From the human T2T-CHM13v2.0 reference genome, Homo sapiens, in the NCBI RefSeq assembly GCF_009914755.1, contig NC_060947.1: DNA of 64,000 nucleotides; one strand, 5' to 3'. A program made the position numbers and the translations under genes. The notes below the pieces were generated by a model, which made no database searches, was not told the origin of the DNA, and worked only from the letters and a program-made list of their open reading frames with translations. This document shows positions 59,056-64,000 of the stretch, one piece after another. Numbering within the stretch: the first letter of the stretch is position 1; each line of letters opens with the position of its first letter.

Positions 59056-60247
59056 GCGTGAATTCCATGCCACTGTTCTCTAGTAATGAAATTCTTCCCT
59101 TTGGGGCTCTCATGTCTCTATTTGTAATCCAAGAAAAAAGGTGTCCAAGAAACGTTCCTCCAATTCTGCTTTCTGGAAGAAACCCACCTCTGGCCTGACC
59201 CATCCCGGGCCCATCCTACCAGGCCCTGGACCCTGTGCAATGCCCGGCTATTGGCAGGAGCTCAGGTGGACAGGCAGAGATCCAGCAGTAACTGTGTATA
59301 GGAGTTGGTGCGTGCTCGCCTGATTTTAGGGACGAGTATGTTGCTCAATTGTTACGAGCTCTGGGTTCCCTACTTTTCTGTCATCCCTCTGTCTTTATGA
59401 ACAAGGCTGCTTAGGTGAGGAAATGGTATTTGTGTTTTGTCTGATTTCATCTTCCCCTCCTGTGTGCCCGGAACAAGTCAGAGATAAAGCAAAGCTCTGT
59501 AGGAACACTGAAGTTGTTGTATGGTGAGTTCTCATTCCATTTCCCTGGCTGAATTTCCTTGCTATTTTTTTTTCTTTTCTGGTGAGTCACTGAATTATTT
59601 TGTGTTCAACTCCTTGCATCCTTCAGTTTAAAAAACGACTGACTTCTCCCACAAGGGTATTGATGTAGCTGGTTCCAGCTGATACCCAAATGAGTCAACC
59701 TGCCCACTTTCTTTGGAGTCAAGCAGAATAAAAATGCTTCTGACATGTGAATTGCATTTCCCTTGAAATACTCATGGGCTTAAAAATAAAGAAGAACACA
59801 ATTTTTTTTTAAATTGGGCTTTGCCAAGACCCAAACGTTTGAAAAACCAGTTGAAGACGTTTTTTGCCAACCCCCAAACGTCACCCGACGTGACCGCTCC
59901 TCTCTGCGTGTTCTGTGTGATCCCGGCTGGAGACTGACCACATTTGAACGCGTCTGTTTAAACAGGCGCTGTGGCTCCATGTGTGAGGACCCGTCTCCCA
60001 GGTCAGTGGGAACGTAAAATACCCAAGCTTCAGCGTCTGCTCATTTTAAAATTTGCAGTTCTTTTGGGGCCAGATTCACCTGTTTTCGTATTTGTTCAAC
60101 GTGTATATCATATGGGAATTTCCACTTATTCATCTCAAAGACTTCAAATTCCCTTTTGTTCTGAAAAATCAACTCCTTGCTGGCAGTTGTCGTTATGAGT
60201 GATCCTGGGGTCCACACAAGGCTTGTTTGCACAGAACATTACAGACG

Positions 60248-61052
<805 letters not shown>

Positions 61053-61074
61053 CTAGGCTGTGTACTTGTTGGAG

Positions 61075-61220
61075 AGTTCAACAAGGTATGACCTCCCTGC
61101 GAGCTCAGTGTCCTCATCTGTCACATGGGTTGAGGAATGACAGTGCATCATATCTAGAGTCGTTACATAAAATGAGATGGTGCCTGTGGAGTGTTCCCCA
61201 CAGAGCCCAGTGAGCGCTCC
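61075..61220 (+). mobile_element. MIR fragment
   Basis: GAGCTCAGTGTCCTCATCTGTCACATGGG core. Confidence 0.6.
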
Positions 61221-61489
61221 AATTTTAAGAACGTGAGAGCTCCCTGCTTCCTTCCAGTTTCTCTTCAACAGGACGGTTGAGGCATGTTGACAGTCCAACA
61301 AAATAATGCCTCAAAACACATGGAATTACAACACTTTTTTTTTTTTTAGCAACTGTCTTTAGAAATAGTTAATGGGTCAAATGAGGTATGCTGGTTTCAG
61401 CCATTGCAATAGTTAGCTATGCTGCGTAACAAATGACCCCAATCATAATGGCTTAAAATTGTCATGCTCTCAGAGGAAATTTAGTTCCT

Positions 61490-61932
61490 TATGACCCAGT
61501 GAAAGAAACCAGTCTGAAAAGGTGACTCCGTCTATGAGTCCAACTATAGGACACTGTGGAAAAAAGCAAAACGACAGAAACAGAGGAAGAATCAGGGGCT
61601 GCGGGGAGGGAGGGATGAATGGGAGGAGATCAGAGGATTTTTAGGGCAGTCAAATTACTCTGGGTAAAATGACAATGGTGGGTCCACGTCATTATACGTT
61701 TGTCCAAACGTGCAGAATATACCCCACCAGGAGGGGGCTGTAACGTGAACTGTGAACTGTTGTGATGATTACGTGTCCATGGAGGTTCACTGAGTGTAAC
61801 AAATGCACCAGTCTGGTGGCATATTGATAATGGAGGAGGCTGTGCATGTGTGTGAGGTGGAGGGTAGATGGAAAAATCTCTCTGCCTTCTTTGTGATGAA
61901 CCTAAAACTACTAAAAAAATTAAAATATTAGA
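61490..61932 (+). mobile_element. L1MC-type 3' end
   Basis: AGTGAAAGAAACCAGTCTGAAAAGG..GAGGATTTTTAGGGCAGT..TGTAACAAATGCACC..GAACCTAAAACTACT. Confidence 0.75.
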
Positions 61933-62295
61933 AAATGACAACCTATTGGCACATCCTTCTCTTCCGGAGACATCAAGATGGTCTTCGTATGGTGGTGGCA
62001 AACTTCTGCCTGGGGTCTTCAGTTCCAGGCTAGGGTAGGGTATTGAGGGGCAGTAGTGAGTATCGGTTCTGAACCAAGCAGCTAGGATGCAATGAACGTC
62101 TGGCTAAGAAACTGGAATTGGGGCACCAGGAAGTGAGTTCTGCCAGGTCCGAATGCTTTCCTGGGTTCCCAAGGACTACCTCCTTCACCCTACGCTTTCT
62201 CCAAAGTTGGAGGATAAAGCAGGAAAGCAAGACACCTGGGTATTCTGGGAGCCTACAGGTCTACTATGGACTGAATATTGGGTGCCCCCCCAATT

Positions 62296-62906
62296 CTTTT
62301 ATTATTATACCTTTAAGTTCTGGAGTACATGTGCAGAACGGGCAGGTTTGTTACATAGGTATACATGTGCCATGGTGGTTTGCTGCACCCATCAACCTGT
62401 CATCTATATTAGGTGTTTCTCCTAATGCTCTCCCTCCCCTAGTTCCCCACCCCCCAACAGGCCCCGGTGTGTGATGTTCCCCTCCCTGGGTCCATGTGTT
62501 CTCATTGTTCAGCTCCCACTTAGGAGTGAGAACATGTGGTGTTGGGTTTTCTGTTCCTGTGTGAGTTTGCTGAGAATGATGGTTTCCAGCTTCACCCATG
62601 TCCCTGCAAAGGACATGAACTCATCCTTTTTTATGGCTGCATAGTATTCCATGGTGTCTATGTGCCACATTTTCTTTATCCAGTGTATCATTGATGGACA
62701 TTTGGGTTGGTTCCAAGTCTTTGCTATTGTGAACAGTGCCACAATAAACATACGTGTGCATGTGTCTTTATAGTAGAATGATTTATAATCCTTGGGGTAT
62801 ATACCCAGTGATGGGATGGCTGGGTCAAATGGTATTTCTAGTTATAGATCCTTGAGGAATCACCATACTGTCTTCCACAATGGTTGAACTAATTTACACT
62901 CCCACC
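62296..62906 (-). mobile_element. 5'-truncated L1PA
   Basis: The minus-strand ORF 62509-62751 reads [35 protein letters not shown]. Confidence 0.93.
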
Positions 62907-63072
62907 AGATAATTAATATTTTAATATGCCACACCTTCTTAGTATAATATGACAGATGGAACCTCATGTGATTAAATAAAGAAGTGGGTTATTTGATTCA
63001 CTTGACACATTTGATTAACCGAGATTCCACTTACGAGTTTTACTGGCCACACTTTAGTTTTAAGAAGGCTAA

Positions 63073-63597
<525 letters not shown>

Positions 63598-64000
63598 TAG
63601 TGAGAGCAGAGAATGGCTAAAACATCCCCTTTTGGTAGTCTGGTTTGTTTTTTCTGCAGTTTTTTACATTTCAGGAGAAGTTCTTTTCTGCAAAGAGGTT
63701 GGCATACTTCCCTAACGTTGTCTTCTTAATATTACCTTCAAGCCTGCATGGTTTGTACTGAGTAGAGACACAGAACTTGCCCACCTGCCAAATTCATGCC
63801 GATGTCTCATGGAAGAACCATTTTACTTCATCTGCATCAAGTCCTCCCATAAACCGGATTCCAAAGTCGTGGAGAAACCCCGTCTCAATCCTAAGGGAGG
63901 AAGAAAAACAAATGGAACCAGATGAGGGGTCAGAAAAATACAATTGTGACCTCTGTTTCTTTCTGGGACATTTGGACCACGGCCATCAGTCAGATGGCTG

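Overview
Primate, most likely human, genomic DNA from pseudoautosomal region 1 (Xp22.33/Yp11.3), beginning in the last intron of SHOX and running about 61 kb into the downstream gene desert. The anchor is the Alu-derived terminal exon 6b of the SHOXb isoform at 2525-2569 ([14 protein letters not shown]), recognised from recall rather than by database search. No other protein-coding sequence is supportable: the long ORFs are Alu, L1, LTR or simple-repeat translations. The window is very rich in Alus and also carries L1 3' fragments, solo LTRs (LTR10-, LTR7-, MER4A1-, THE1-, MST- and MLT-like), many minisatellites and local duplications, and several repeat-free islands with HOX/PBX/SOX/paired-like motifs that are candidate SHOX enhancers. 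The most notable observations are: (1) a paralogue of the exon-6b Alu pair 37.4 kb downstream with an intact identical acceptor; (2) a patchwork templated insertion at 46.5-46.85 kb; (3) the same TAA>TCA change in more than 20 separate Alus; (4) a minisatellite with nested ~98/197/394-bp periodicity. I see no evidence of a wholly new gene system. Repeat boundaries and subfamily names were assigned by eye and are approximate.
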